Shown here piece by piece: positions 1 through 12,500 of a stretch of DNA of 64,000 bases. The translations under genes were made by a program, and so were the position numbers. This DNA is from Eledone cirrhosa. Lineage: Eukaryota. Under the pieces are notes generated by a model, which saw only the letters and a program-made list of their open reading frames with translations, was not told the DNA's origin and made no database searches. Each line of letters begins with the position of its first letter. Position 1 is the stretch's first letter. The DNA is taken from NCBI GenBank assembly GCA_964016885.1, contig OZ024747.1:79174001-79238000 (forward strand). The letters run 5' to 3'.

Positions 1-117
1 CGCTAGGAGAGAGAGAGAGAGAGAGATGAAATCTGTACATTACGTTTACATGATTTTCGTTCGGACAGCAGGCAAAGAAATGAAATTTGGCGAAGTGAAT
101 TCCTATCATATATTTAT

Positions 118-161
<44 letters not shown>

Positions 162-695
162 CGAGGGTAGGGGGCCACATGATGGCTGTGGGTGTTAGGC
201 GTTTGACCGCCCCGTGCCTTCGAAGAAGGAAGAAGGAAAGGATTTTGCTTTTTTTGTTTTTTGAAGATACGCTAGAATTAGGGATTGGGGTTTGAAAATA
301 CGTTAGGAATTAAGGTTTGAAAATAGCTAGCAAGAAGGTAATGATTGAGATGAAATACGTTAGGAATTAAGGTTTGAAAATAGCTAGCAAGAAGGTAATG
401 ATTGAGATGGGTCTATGCATTTAACAAGCGATTAACAAAAATACAAAATTTGTTCAGTTAAATACGTCCAAAAACCTAAACGTATTTAGCACTTAATAGG
501 AACAGAAAATGTAGTTTGTTTTAGCGATAGAATGGCTATTTGGACTTGAAATACGAAATGTGAATTGTTTTGAGAATACGCTAGGAGAGAGAGAGAGAGA
601 GAGATGAAATCTGTACATTACGTTTACATGATTTTCGTTCGGACAGCAGGCAAAGAAATGAAATTTGGCGAAGTGAATTCCTATCATATATTTAT

Positions 696-737
<42 letters not shown>

Positions 738-1833
738 CGAGGGTAGGGGGCCACATGATGGCTGTGGGTGTTAGGCGTTTGACCGCCCCGTGCCTTCGAA
801 GAAGGAAGAAGGAAAGGATTTTGCTTTTTTTGTTTTTTGAAGATACGCTAGAATTAGGGATTGGGGTTTGAAAATACGTTAGGAATTAAGGTTTGAAAAT
901 AGCTAGCAAGAAGGTAATGATTGAGATGAAATACGTTAGGAATTAAGGTTTGAAAATAGCTAGCAAGAAGGTAATGATTGAGATGGGTCTATGCATTTAA
1001 CAAGCGATTAACAAAAATACAAAATTTGTTCAGTTAAATACGTCCAAAAACCTAAACGTATTTAGCACTTAATAGGAACAGAAAATGTAGTTTGTTTTAG
1101 CGATAGAATGGCTATTTGGACTTGAAATACGAAATGTGAATTGTTTTGAGAATACGCTAGGAGAGAGAGAGAGAGAGAGATGAAATCTGTACATTACGTT
1201 TACATGATTTTCGTTCGGACAGCAGGCAAAGAAATGAAATTTGGCGAAGTGAATTCCTATCATATATTTATAGGGAGAGAGAGAGAGAGAGAGAGAGTGC
1301 GAGGGTAGGGGGCCACATGATGGCTGTGGGTGTTAGGCGTTTGACCGCCCCGTGCCTTCGAAGAAGGAAGAAGGAAAGGATTTTGCTTTTTTTGTTTTTT
1401 GAAGATACGCTAGAATTAGGGATTGGGGTTTGAAAATACGTTAGGAATTAAGGTTTGAAAATAGCTAGCAAGAAGGTAATGATTGAGATGAAATACGTTA
1501 GGAATTAAGGTTTGAAAATAGCTAGCAAGAAGGTAATGATTGAGATGGGTCTATGCATTTAACAAGCGATTAACAAAAATACAAAATTTGTTCAGTTAAA
1601 TACGTCCAAAAACCTAAACGTATTTAGCACTTAATAGGAACAGAAAATGTAGTTTGTTTTAGCGATAGAATGGCTATTTGGACTTGAAATACGAAATGTG
1701 AATTGTTTTGAGAATACGCTAGGAGAGAGAGAGAGAGAGAGATGAAATCTGTACATTACGTTTACATGATTTTCGTTCGGACAGCAGGCAAAGAAATGAA
1801 ATTTGGCGAAGTGAATTCCTATCATATATTTAT

Positions 1834-1877
<44 letters not shown>

Positions 1878-2411
1878 CGAGGGTAGGGGGCCACATGATG
1901 GCTGTGGGTGTTAGGCGTTTGACCGCCCCGTGCCTTCGAAGAAGGAAGAAGGAAAGGATTTTGCTTTTTTTGTTTTTTGAAGATACGCTAGAATTAGGGA
2001 TTGGGGTTTGAAAATACGTTAGGAATTAAGGTTTGAAAATAGCTAGCAAGAAGGTAATGATTGAGATGAAATACGTTAGGAATTAAGGTTTGAAAATAGC
2101 TAGCAAGAAGGTAATGATTGAGATGGGTCTATGCATTTAACAAGCGATTAACAAAAATACAAAATTTGTTCAGTTAAATACGTCCAAAAACCTAAACGTA
2201 TTTAGCACTTAATAGGAACAGAAAATGTAGTTTGTTTTAGCGATAGAATGGCTATTTGGACTTGAAATACGAAATGTGAATTGTTTTGAGAATACGCTAG
2301 GAGAGAGAGAGAGAGAGAGATGAAATCTGTACATTACGTTTACATGATTTTCGTTCGGACAGCAGGCAAAGAAATGAAATTTGGCGAAGTGAATTCCTAT
2401 CATATATTTAT

Positions 2412-2459
<48 letters not shown>

Positions 2460-2750
2460 CGAGGGTAGGGGGCCACATGATGGCTGTGGGTGTTAGGCGT
2501 TTGACCGCCCCGTGCCTTCGAAGAAGGAAGAAGGAAAGGATTTTGCTTTTTTTGTTTTTTGAAGATACGCTAGAATTAGGGATTGGGGTTTGAAAATACG
2601 TTAGGAATTAAGGTTTGAAAATAGCTAGCAAGAAGGTAATGATTGAGATGAAATACGTTAGGAATTAAGGTTTGAAAATAGCTAGCAAGAAGGTAATGAT
2701 TGAGATGGGTCTATGCATTTAACAAGCGATTAACAAAAATACAAAAATAC
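1..2750. repeat. Tandem array, ~562-578 bp unit, at least 4.8 near-identical copies
   Basis: Unit starts at 1, 579, 1155, 1717 and 2295. Each unit has two (GA)n tracts and an internal 57-bp duplication. Confidence 0.97.
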
Positions 2751-3385
2751 AAAATCAATGAATAAAAAGCTTTAAAAAATGATTAGTTCAAATAGACGAG
2801 CCTAGGTCGACTTTGCCTATCATCCATCTTCTAGGTTAATAAAATAAAGTACCAATTCAGGTGAGGTGGCCTGGCAGAATTGTTAGAGTGTTGGACAAGA
2901 TACCTTATAACATGTTCTATCTATTCTGTTTCACTGAAGTTGTTCTTGGTGATTACAATGCTCATCAACCCCCACCCTAGCTCTAACACTCATTCCACGC
3001 TGATGTTTGTGCAGAAACCAAATTTTTTTAGCCATCTTCAACCTTTTATATCAACAAGTTTCATCCCTTACAAACATTCCTGATTGACATACAAACACTC
3101 GTAATCTCTGTCTCACCTCCAAACCAGACCATAACTGTAAAGATCATGGCCATAGACCCCTTCCTCTTGACCTAACTAATGAAAAGAGTGAATCATTACA
3201 AGTAATTTTAAACTAGATACTCTACTTAATTTTGACCACTAATATGCCATTTATTTTATTGCAGTTAGGAAGACTGAATCAAGCAGAGCAATAAGCTTTA
3301 TCTTGTGCTCAATACACCAGCTTCATTTCACAATGATTTTCACCTTTAGCAATAACTAGAACATTAAAAGCACAAAGTAACTTAC

Positions 3386-3564
3386 CTGTTCTTTAGAATA
3401 GGTGTAAGACGTGGGAGGAGATCTTTGATGGGAGGCGTCATCTTGGTCATTCCTATAACATTGACAATACCTTTCAGAGCTCCAAGGATACTACCTAACA
3501 CTTCAGGGTATTCTTCTCCCAAGTACTCATATAATACAACACCCAAGTGACCCATCAATTTCTC
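3386..3564 (-). CDS. SF3B1: SF3B1 exon 17
   Basis: [25 protein letters not shown]...LTPILKN; tag/gtaagt. Confidence 0.95.
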
Positions 3565-6500
3565 CTACAAATCAAACACAAGAAAGAAATCATAAAAAAT
3601 AGTCATTTAAAAATAACAATCAACATTCATTAAAATTCAAAATAAGGCTAAAGACAAAATATTTGTGCCAGATATGCCTTTGCTTGAACAATTGATTATA
3701 TAGATGAGGACCAGGCATGGCCGTGTAGTTAAGAATATCGCCCCAAAACCATGTGATACCTCAGGCAGTTCAACGAAGAGGAGCGATATATACCATACTT
3801 AAAAATAAAGTAGTGGTTAGCATCAGGAAGGGCAACAAACCATAGAAAAACTGCTTCAAAAAGTCTTCTCTTCACCATGTCGGCATAGAAAAGCAGATGT
3901 GACATGATATTTTTGTCAGTTAAAATAAGTTACAGGTATTTCTTTGGAACACAGATGTGTTTTTGTTTTGGTTTGAATATAAAATAGTAAAACCCTGCAT
4001 ACAAATATATAAAATTTCATAATTATTGTATGCGACAAAGGCTCATGTAAATTTTGACATTTGTATGTATTGATAGAACAAAATATTTCAATTAAAAATA
4101 AATAACACTGCCAGTTCATTTGCAAAACTTAAAAAAAAAAAAAAGAAAATAGAAATAAACTATATCTACCTCTTGACAAGTTTTCATAACAACTGCAATT
4201 CTTGATATTAAATCTGCTGCTTGCTGCCTGACTTTGGCAGATTTATTGTTAAGACGCCATAATATAGTACCACAGATCTGGGGCAAATATGGTTTTACTC
4301 TTTTACCGAGGGCATTCACAACAGTTCCGAAGCCATTCAACATGACCACATCCTAGAAATTGTATACAAATAAAATAAGCAATAGATTAGATTATTTCAT
4401 AAGAGAAACTCTTAACCGTTTCATTACCATATTTCTAATGAAATATATACTATGTATTTCAATTAATTTTGATATTAACCAGAAATTTGGAGGAATTTAA
4501 TAAAATAAGTTTTTCATTTTGCCAACATTTTTCTCCACAAAATTGAATTTTATTTGTTAAACAATTATAATTAAGCTGATATAATATAAATATTGATTTC
4601 TAAATTAGGCATAAAGACAACACATTTTTGAGGAAGGGTAAAGTTAATTAAATGAACCCCAGTACTTGACTGGTACTTAATTTTATCAACTCTGGCAGGA
4701 TAAAAGTCAAAGTTGACCTCAGCGAGATTTGAACTTAAAATGTAAGAAGCTAGAACAAATACCACAATGATGTTTTATCTGACAGTCTACCAATCCACCT
4801 CCCTCTTATAATATAAATATTGCAAGAAAAAACAAAAACAAAAACATTACCTCTGTTGTTTGTTCCTGGAAGGCATATAATATGCCATCAATAAGTTGTT
4901 CCTCTAATCTAGAATCTATATCAGCAGCACCAAGGTTACCCATAACCTTCTCTATTGTTTCCATCACCATTTTCCTGTATTGTTCAGCTTCATCTTTCAG
5001 ATCATCCACAATACGTACAATAATTTCGGCAGCTCCGACTTTGTTGGCAATTTCCACTGTTGTGTCTACCAACTAATAAAACATTCAAGTCAGTTAGTTA
5101 TTATACATGTATAGCGTGTAGATGTGAAGTGTGTATTTGATGTGTAACGTGTGTGTGATGCATGACATGCAATTGAGAAGCAAGCAACTAGAATGATATA
5201 ACAGTGTCTTCTTAGAAAATAAGTTTCAACTGGAAGCACTTCATTTACCTCATTAACACATTCAACCCTTTTGTTACCATATTTCTAATGCCTGGCATGA
5301 TAAGAGGACTGTGACACTGCTGACTATAAATTCCAGTCCAGCCTAAACAAAAGACTTGGGGACACAGCATTGTGCCATGTCCAAGGGTAGTAAAAGACTA
5401 CACGGGACTCATGAATGGAGTTGATTATGCAGACCAGTTGAGTGCCAGCTCAACTAGTCTGCATAATCCATAAACTTAGAGCAATTTTGCTATGTCATAT
5501 AAAAAACTATCAATTCTCACTATTTGACTTTGTCAAAACAAAAGATGTCACATACCAAGGGAAGTAACCATATACGACCACAAGGAATACAGGGGGAAAA
5601 TAAGTTAATAATGGTTTTGGAAGGATCCACTAAAATTATTGCTTCGTTATTAAGATAACAAAATGTTTTTATATCAAATGTTGCTGGAATGTTTTAATTT
5701 AAATAGGAACCCCTTTAAATGGACGGTTTTGCTTGATAGAAACAGAAGCAATTTTAGGCAGGTTGGTGTCAAAAGGATTAAAAGATTCATAATTCTAAAG
5801 AACTTATTTCCCCCTCAAACAATCACTTAGTAACTCGGTGTTTTATATTACAAGAAAATGTTGTGTCTGTAATATCAAACAATAGGAGGGAGTGTAAGTG
5901 TATAACACAATTATCAAAATAAAACATTATGAAGAAGCCTACCTGGCGATAATTCCTTCGGTCTAAAGCCATTCTCTGGTTCCAAAAGTGCTTAAAAAAT
6001 GGTGGCAAAATTTCCTCTTTAATGTATTGGGGTTCCACACCGTCTGTAGCACAACACTGCTTCACTACCTAGAAATTTAAAATATAAAGATACAAACATC
6101 TAAATTAAGTAAAAATCAACAACAAAAATATTCATAGACAGTTATATGATGATCCTTTTATTCTATTACTGGCTTCAAATCAGACTGCTACCATGCTGGA
6201 GCACCACCTTGAAAGGTTTTTAATTGATCATAACAATCCCAGTACTTATTCTATCCATTTCTATTTGTGAAAATGCTAACTACAAGACAATCAAACATAA
6301 ACACAGACACACATATTCATCATTACTGTATTATATTCATATTCCTTCATCACACAGCCATTCCTAATATCTACTTTGTTACCGACATAACAGCTTGAAA
6401 AAAAAACCCCATAAAATTCAGTTTAAGAAAATGAATAAGAAATTATTTTTTTAATTGGCTAATGAGGAGAAAGGGTAGTAGTACTCATGAACCACATGAG

Positions 6501-9500
6501 GGCCTCCAAGCCAGGTGAGAGAGAAGAAAGCATTCTCAAACTGCAGACCTCACCTGAACTCCACTAAAGGCACCCTAATGGTGGTGCTGTTTGTTAAATT
6601 GGATGATGGATTAAGTCTACAAACCAAGTAGACCACACCATGTGAGATGTTTTAGAATACAACACAAAGAGTTTACAAACCTTTAACACAATCTTTTTCA
6701 TTTCTTCATCTGGAGACTGAAATTCTCGGATGAGGATCAACATCACTTCTCTGGTATAGTAGTTGGCATATTCAGCATCCATCAATGGAATAAGATAACC
6801 AATGGCTTTCAAAAAGGCAGCTAGACCCTGTGAATCAGACAACCAAAGATAACTTACTACGTGATTTTTATAAATAATATCAATAAAAAATTAATAAAAA
6901 CACAGGAAGTAAATAAACTAATTCTTTCTCTTCTAAGTATCTTTACTAATGATATCTTCCAACTATTTGTCTCAGAGATGGAATAACACAACACATCTAG
7001 CTAGTTACAAATTCATAATTGCAAGTTGTTATATCAATAATAGCTTCCTTCTGAAATGTCTTCTTTTTTTGTCATTCAGACCCTATTCCAATATATACAT
7101 TACAATCCCATCTGAAAGATTGAAAATAAAATAAAATTTAATCATGGAAAGAAGAGCAATGCCCATGACATCTCTATCACATACAAGCAAAGGTGGTACA
7201 GTTGCTGAATGTAATGGTTTATGAATTCTATTAATCCTTTTGATACCAAAACTGTATGTTTTAACGAGTTTATATTTATCTAAACACTTTCCATCATAAT
7301 AAAGGTTCTTGTATAAAATTGTTTCAAACACCAACTTAATAAGAAAGTTAGTTATTCTACTAAATCCAGCCAAATTCTTGATTACTATGAAAATAATTTG
7401 AAAATGTTAAGAGCAAGCACAAAAAAGTAAGACAGATGATGTTTTAACATACCTTTCCTCTGTGTTGTCTGATACCTTTCCACAAGGGTTTGAGCACACT
7501 ATCAAAGGACTCAATACCATAGGGTGTAGCAGCTTCAGCTAAAGCAGCTAAGGCTAAAGCTGTGATGGTTCTTACTTTCTGCTGTTCATCAATCAGACCT
7601 GTAAACAAAGAACAAAACAAAATAATGATCCAATCTTATCTTAAAGCACAAGCTAGTAATTTCATGAAAATAAGCAGATTTTAATTTATATTTTCATTTT
7701 TAAATTTAAATCTCTTCAACACAAAAAAGTATACTGCTTAAAACCCTTTTGATACCAAACCACCTAAAAATACCCCTGGTTTTATGATACAGACTTGTTT
7801 GTTTTAAAATGTTCATATTTAAATCTAAACCTTATGTAAAAAAATTTTGTTATGGAACAAAAATATTATAAAGAAAATATAACAAAAAGTTAACTCACCA
7901 TGTTCAATAATTTCCACTAAACTTTTCAAATGAGGAAGAATAGCACAGCCCATAAGAATAGCAACTTGCTGGACGATTTTTATACCAGTATGTCTCGCCT
8001 GCCAGGATTTTTTGCTTTTGCAAACAGCCTTTAAGAATGGCAGAAGCGAGGGGATTCCAAGAGCAGATGCAACGACTGCAAATGCTCTGGCTGTGGTGTT
8101 ACGTACATATTCGTCCATGTTGTCAATATCTGGTCTCATTGTGGAAATCATGGTAGCTAGACCTGCCGCCTGAAAAAATTCAATAGGAATAAAGTGAATG
8201 AGTCTTTAAAAAATCTTAAAACAAATATAAAAATCTCATATACCATCATTCACCCCGTTTTACCATGCTTGCTTGGGTAAGATGGTTCTTCTCCAGAATG
8301 AGCTTTCCTCCACTTGTTGCATTCCTTTGTCATCATTTCTGTGAGGTTCAATATTCCAAGATCAGCTCTTGCTAACTTCTGGCCCAGATTCATCCGTCTT
8401 GCTCTTCTGCAGCTTGATTCCACAGGGAACTATTGGCACTTTTTCATCAATATCCATGATTCCTCTTATGCCCAGTTTCTCTCTCAGCTCATCTGTACTT
8501 CGTCATTCATGCACACTAACATTACACAAACTATACATGGAGGCACATGGCTTAGTGGTTAGAGCATTGTCCTTGCAATCGAAAGGTTGTGAGTTCAATT
8601 CTCAGACCGGGTGATGTGTTGTTTCCTTGAGCAAGACACTTTATTTCACATTGCTCCAGTTTACTCAGCTGTAGAAATGAGATGATAGGGACTGGGGTCC
8701 ATATCATTCCACTGCAAAGTGGTCGTGGAGGTGCCACGGCAAAAAAGCACCCAGCACTCACTGTAAATGAGGTTGGTGTTAGGAAGGGCATCCAGCTGTA
8801 GAAATCAAGCCAGAATCAGTTCCCGTCCCACCCTTGCAAGTAGGGAAAAGCGGACGTAAAATGATGATGATGATACAAATATTTTAAATAACAACAGCTT
8901 CAAAACAGAAAATAGTACTCAATACTAACCTTTGCCAAGTTGGATATAATTTCTCTACCTTCTACTCTGGCATAGTAGTCTTCATCAATCAATAAAGGTT
9001 CAATAACAACAAGAATTTTGTGCACATACGGTCGCACCAAATCATCTAATTTGTACAAGATACGATCAATAACTTTCACCAATAAATGTCGTTCTTGATC
9101 TTCAAGTGTGGGTGACATTAGCAAAGGTAAGATTTGGTTGAATAATGGACCGGCTCCAAAATCTCGTGCTTTATCAGTGATTTGTCTAAGAGCAGCCTAA
9201 AAAGAGGAAAATTACAGATAAATATATTTTTTTTAAATAAAAGACAATCTGTTTATTTTATTATGAAATTTTAAACATTATATCAAACCAAATACAATTT
9301 TAATGGATTAATAATATATTTTTGAAGAAAATTTCAGAGGATTTTCTCTGGTGAAATTTCTAGAACAATATTATATTTACTCTTCTTGTACTAGGATAGG
9401 GTTGAAAATCCAATCAAAGATTTTAGAAAATAATTTTTCGACATTAACAGAATGTCCTGAACTGCAATGGCAAGGCATTCTTGAAAACTATAAAACCATA

Positions 9501-12500
9501 TAAAAATTTAGTCTTTAGTTTACTGCAAATTTTCACAACAATCTGTTCAGATACTATAAACATTTAAATTAACAAACCTATTTTCACATATCTTCTGCTA
9601 AATCATTACAGGATATTAAGAGTTAATCTTATAAACATCTTGTTACTTAGAGAATAATCTTGAAATTAAATTTGCCAAAATTGCAGTTTAAATTTTTTAA
9701 AGGAAAATATTATAATAATATTTTCAGCTTCAAGAAAACATATTTCTAAAAATATTAGAAACCAAATTGAGTATTTTGCCTTACCTTTCTCATTGGTGGG
9801 GTACCATTCTTAATTTTCAACAGCAATTTCATTATTTTTCTTTCTTTTTGCTCTTTAGGAGTGAGTGTTTCTTCATCCACATCAACCTGTAAGGGAAACA
9901 ATAACAATTGAAAGAGGAGGAAGAAACTGTACAATTATTGTCTTTTACTTTTATCTTGAACCTGTAAATTATATGCTATATAAATATATATATACTTCGA
10001 AGTATTGGTTGACTTTTATATGAGATACATGTGTAAATGTTTTGGTAAAAAGTTTTTGACTAAAATAGAGGGTCGATATGTACATGGGATTGACTTTGGC
10101 ATGAGTAGAGATATATATATGTTTTTTCTCCCCAATTTCCCCGTTCCTTCCTCTCATCACTCTTTACCTTCTATTTCTAACTATCTTCTGATGAAAGACA
10201 AGTATCCAAAACGTTAAGACTCTCTTCCTGCTATTCCAAGCGTTAACTAATATATTTCTTGCATGTACTGTGCTGTTATTTTTGTTATTTCTGTTTTCTT
10301 TTTACACACATTATATATATATAGACTGCGATGATATTGCTTTTTGCTGAACTCCTTTTGTAGAGTTTTCTTTCGGAATGTTTTTGACTGTTGTTTCATG
10401 TAAACAAACATTTGTCTCATTCTGACGTCACCAGCCCTGTTTTTCCACATGTGCATTTATTTTAATAATCACGCATGATGTTAAACTAGCCTGCTTTTAA
10501 ATTCCCTTTTTGGCATATTACCAGTGAGACCTTGGTTACCATGTTGAGCTCTGCTGAGGAACGAAATCCAACCGTGACCATCTCCACTGAAAGTTTTCGT
10601 GAAATAGTCTTTTCAAGACTATACAGAGCATTTGAAGTTGTCCCAAATTGAAGGTTGAGTATTTTAGACTTTGTTTTATCATGAGTTAAGGCTCTATTGA
10701 TTTTTCCCTGGATTTCTCTAAATTCTGTTGGATAAATCTATATATCCTGATTCTTTTTGAATTGAGTCTGAATTATTTTTCCCATATCTTATGTTAACTA
10801 TTTTCCCATTTTGACGCTATAGTTGCATATATGTTATGGAATACTGTTAGCTTCTCGCTACAACAATTTCTATACTTTTCATTTATATAGCATATAATTT
10901 ACCTTTATGAAACAAAATTCTTTTAATCTTATTTTCATTCATTAAAATATGAGAAGGTAATCAATCTTGTCTAAAATATGTAATTCTGCTTTCAAGGAAA
11001 TACAGTTACTTATTCTTATATTATGAAAGACAATAGTAATTATTGTATATTAACAATTAACAAAAATGTTCTTACCAAGAGTTTGTCAAAATATTGCATG
11101 TCGTCTGGTTTCATCATTGGCAAGTTACCTTTAGGCTGCATGTCGACAATTGAAACCTTGTTGTCTGGTGTTTGCATTCGGAATCCCATTGGGGTTCCTG
11201 CCATTGGAGTGGGAGTGGCAGTCAGTTTACGAGCTGGAGTTCGAATTGGTACATACCCAGCAGGTGGTTGTAGGATCTACATAAACAAAAAAAAAGAGAG
11301 ATTTAAATCAAACTGGTATCAATTAAATACAAAAAGACAGCCATAGCAGACTACTTACATTATTATCTTAATATTAATTAAACAAGTGTTAAAATAACTA
11401 TGCTCAACTAGAAGTTTCTACACTCCATAAGCATAGAAAGGGTTACTGAAAAGAGATAACTGTGGGTAAAAGGGAGTGTTGTACTCCTACACATAAGGAT
11501 AAGTCTGTATTGAAGTTATTGAACAAGATATACTTTCATATACCTAGACTATAATTGGGTCTAGTGAATAGATAGCCAGACTACAGTGTTAGTAGAACAG
11601 TATAATTCCAGTGAACACAAAATCCCTGAAATCTATAAGGCCTAGCATTAACTTACATTTTTAACAATGAATCATTGTAACTTTAAAATCCCAGTCTTCA
11701 GACAGTTATGAAATAGTCTCACTGAAAGAATTAAATATTAATATGGACCTCTGCTGGCTTTAACAATGGCTGTTGCAGCTGCTTGACCAACAGATTAGCC
11801 TACTTTTTAAATTAATGTTTAAGTGACTGTGTATTCCTTAACCCTGTAGCATTTAAACCAGCTGTATCTGGCCAGAATTCTCTCGCCTCTTTCTGTTTAA
11901 ACCGGCTGTAACCAGCCACTCATACTGATGTTAAGATATTGTTCTCAAAATGAATAATATCAAAATCTCATAGATTCAATATTATGTGATGTAAAGCCTT
12001 TAAAATATAATAGTAAATATAGAGTAATGTAAATATTGACGATGACATGTGAATATAATGAAGTTACCTTATAGCCTGTAGGAAACATGGAGTCAAGTTC
12101 TTCATCTGACAGAGGTCTGTTTCTCTCATCTAACTCTCTCTGCCAAGTGTAAGCCTGTAGTTGTTCTGGTGTCATAGACATAAGATGGCCCGGTGTTGGT
12201 GTAGCCATGGCCATAGCTTTTTGGCCTGTGGGTGTGGTACCGCCAGGGGTCATGCCTCCGGGGGTCATATTTCCAGGTGTCATTCCAGTCGGAGTCATAC
12301 CACTTGGTGTCATATTTGTTGGTGTCATACCTCCTGGTGTGGTACCACCCGGAGTCATATTTGGTGTCATGCTGCCTGGAGTCATCCCTCCGGGAGTTGT
12401 AGCTGCTGGAGTCTCATCCCATCTAGAGCGACGTTTGCTAGCCCCAGGTGTAGGTGTATCTTGGATAAGATCCCCACCTCGATCTGTCCTTGGTGTTTCT

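Noticed and set aside
296-409. CRISPR-like regular repeats
   Set aside because: The intervening sequences are identical rather than unique spacers, and the context is eukaryotic with no cas genes.
26-2478. Repeated 64-89 aa ORFs in the tandem array
   Set aside because: They read through (GA)n microsatellites (ERER/LSLS) and have no splice or homology support.
7570-7585. SF3B1 hotspot substitution (K700 equivalent)
   Set aside because: The sequence is wild-type QQKVR; the R625, H662 and K666 equivalents are also conserved.
8543-8612. tRNA gene
   Set aside because: A and B boxes are present but there is no proper acceptor stem; it is the head of a multi-copy SINE.
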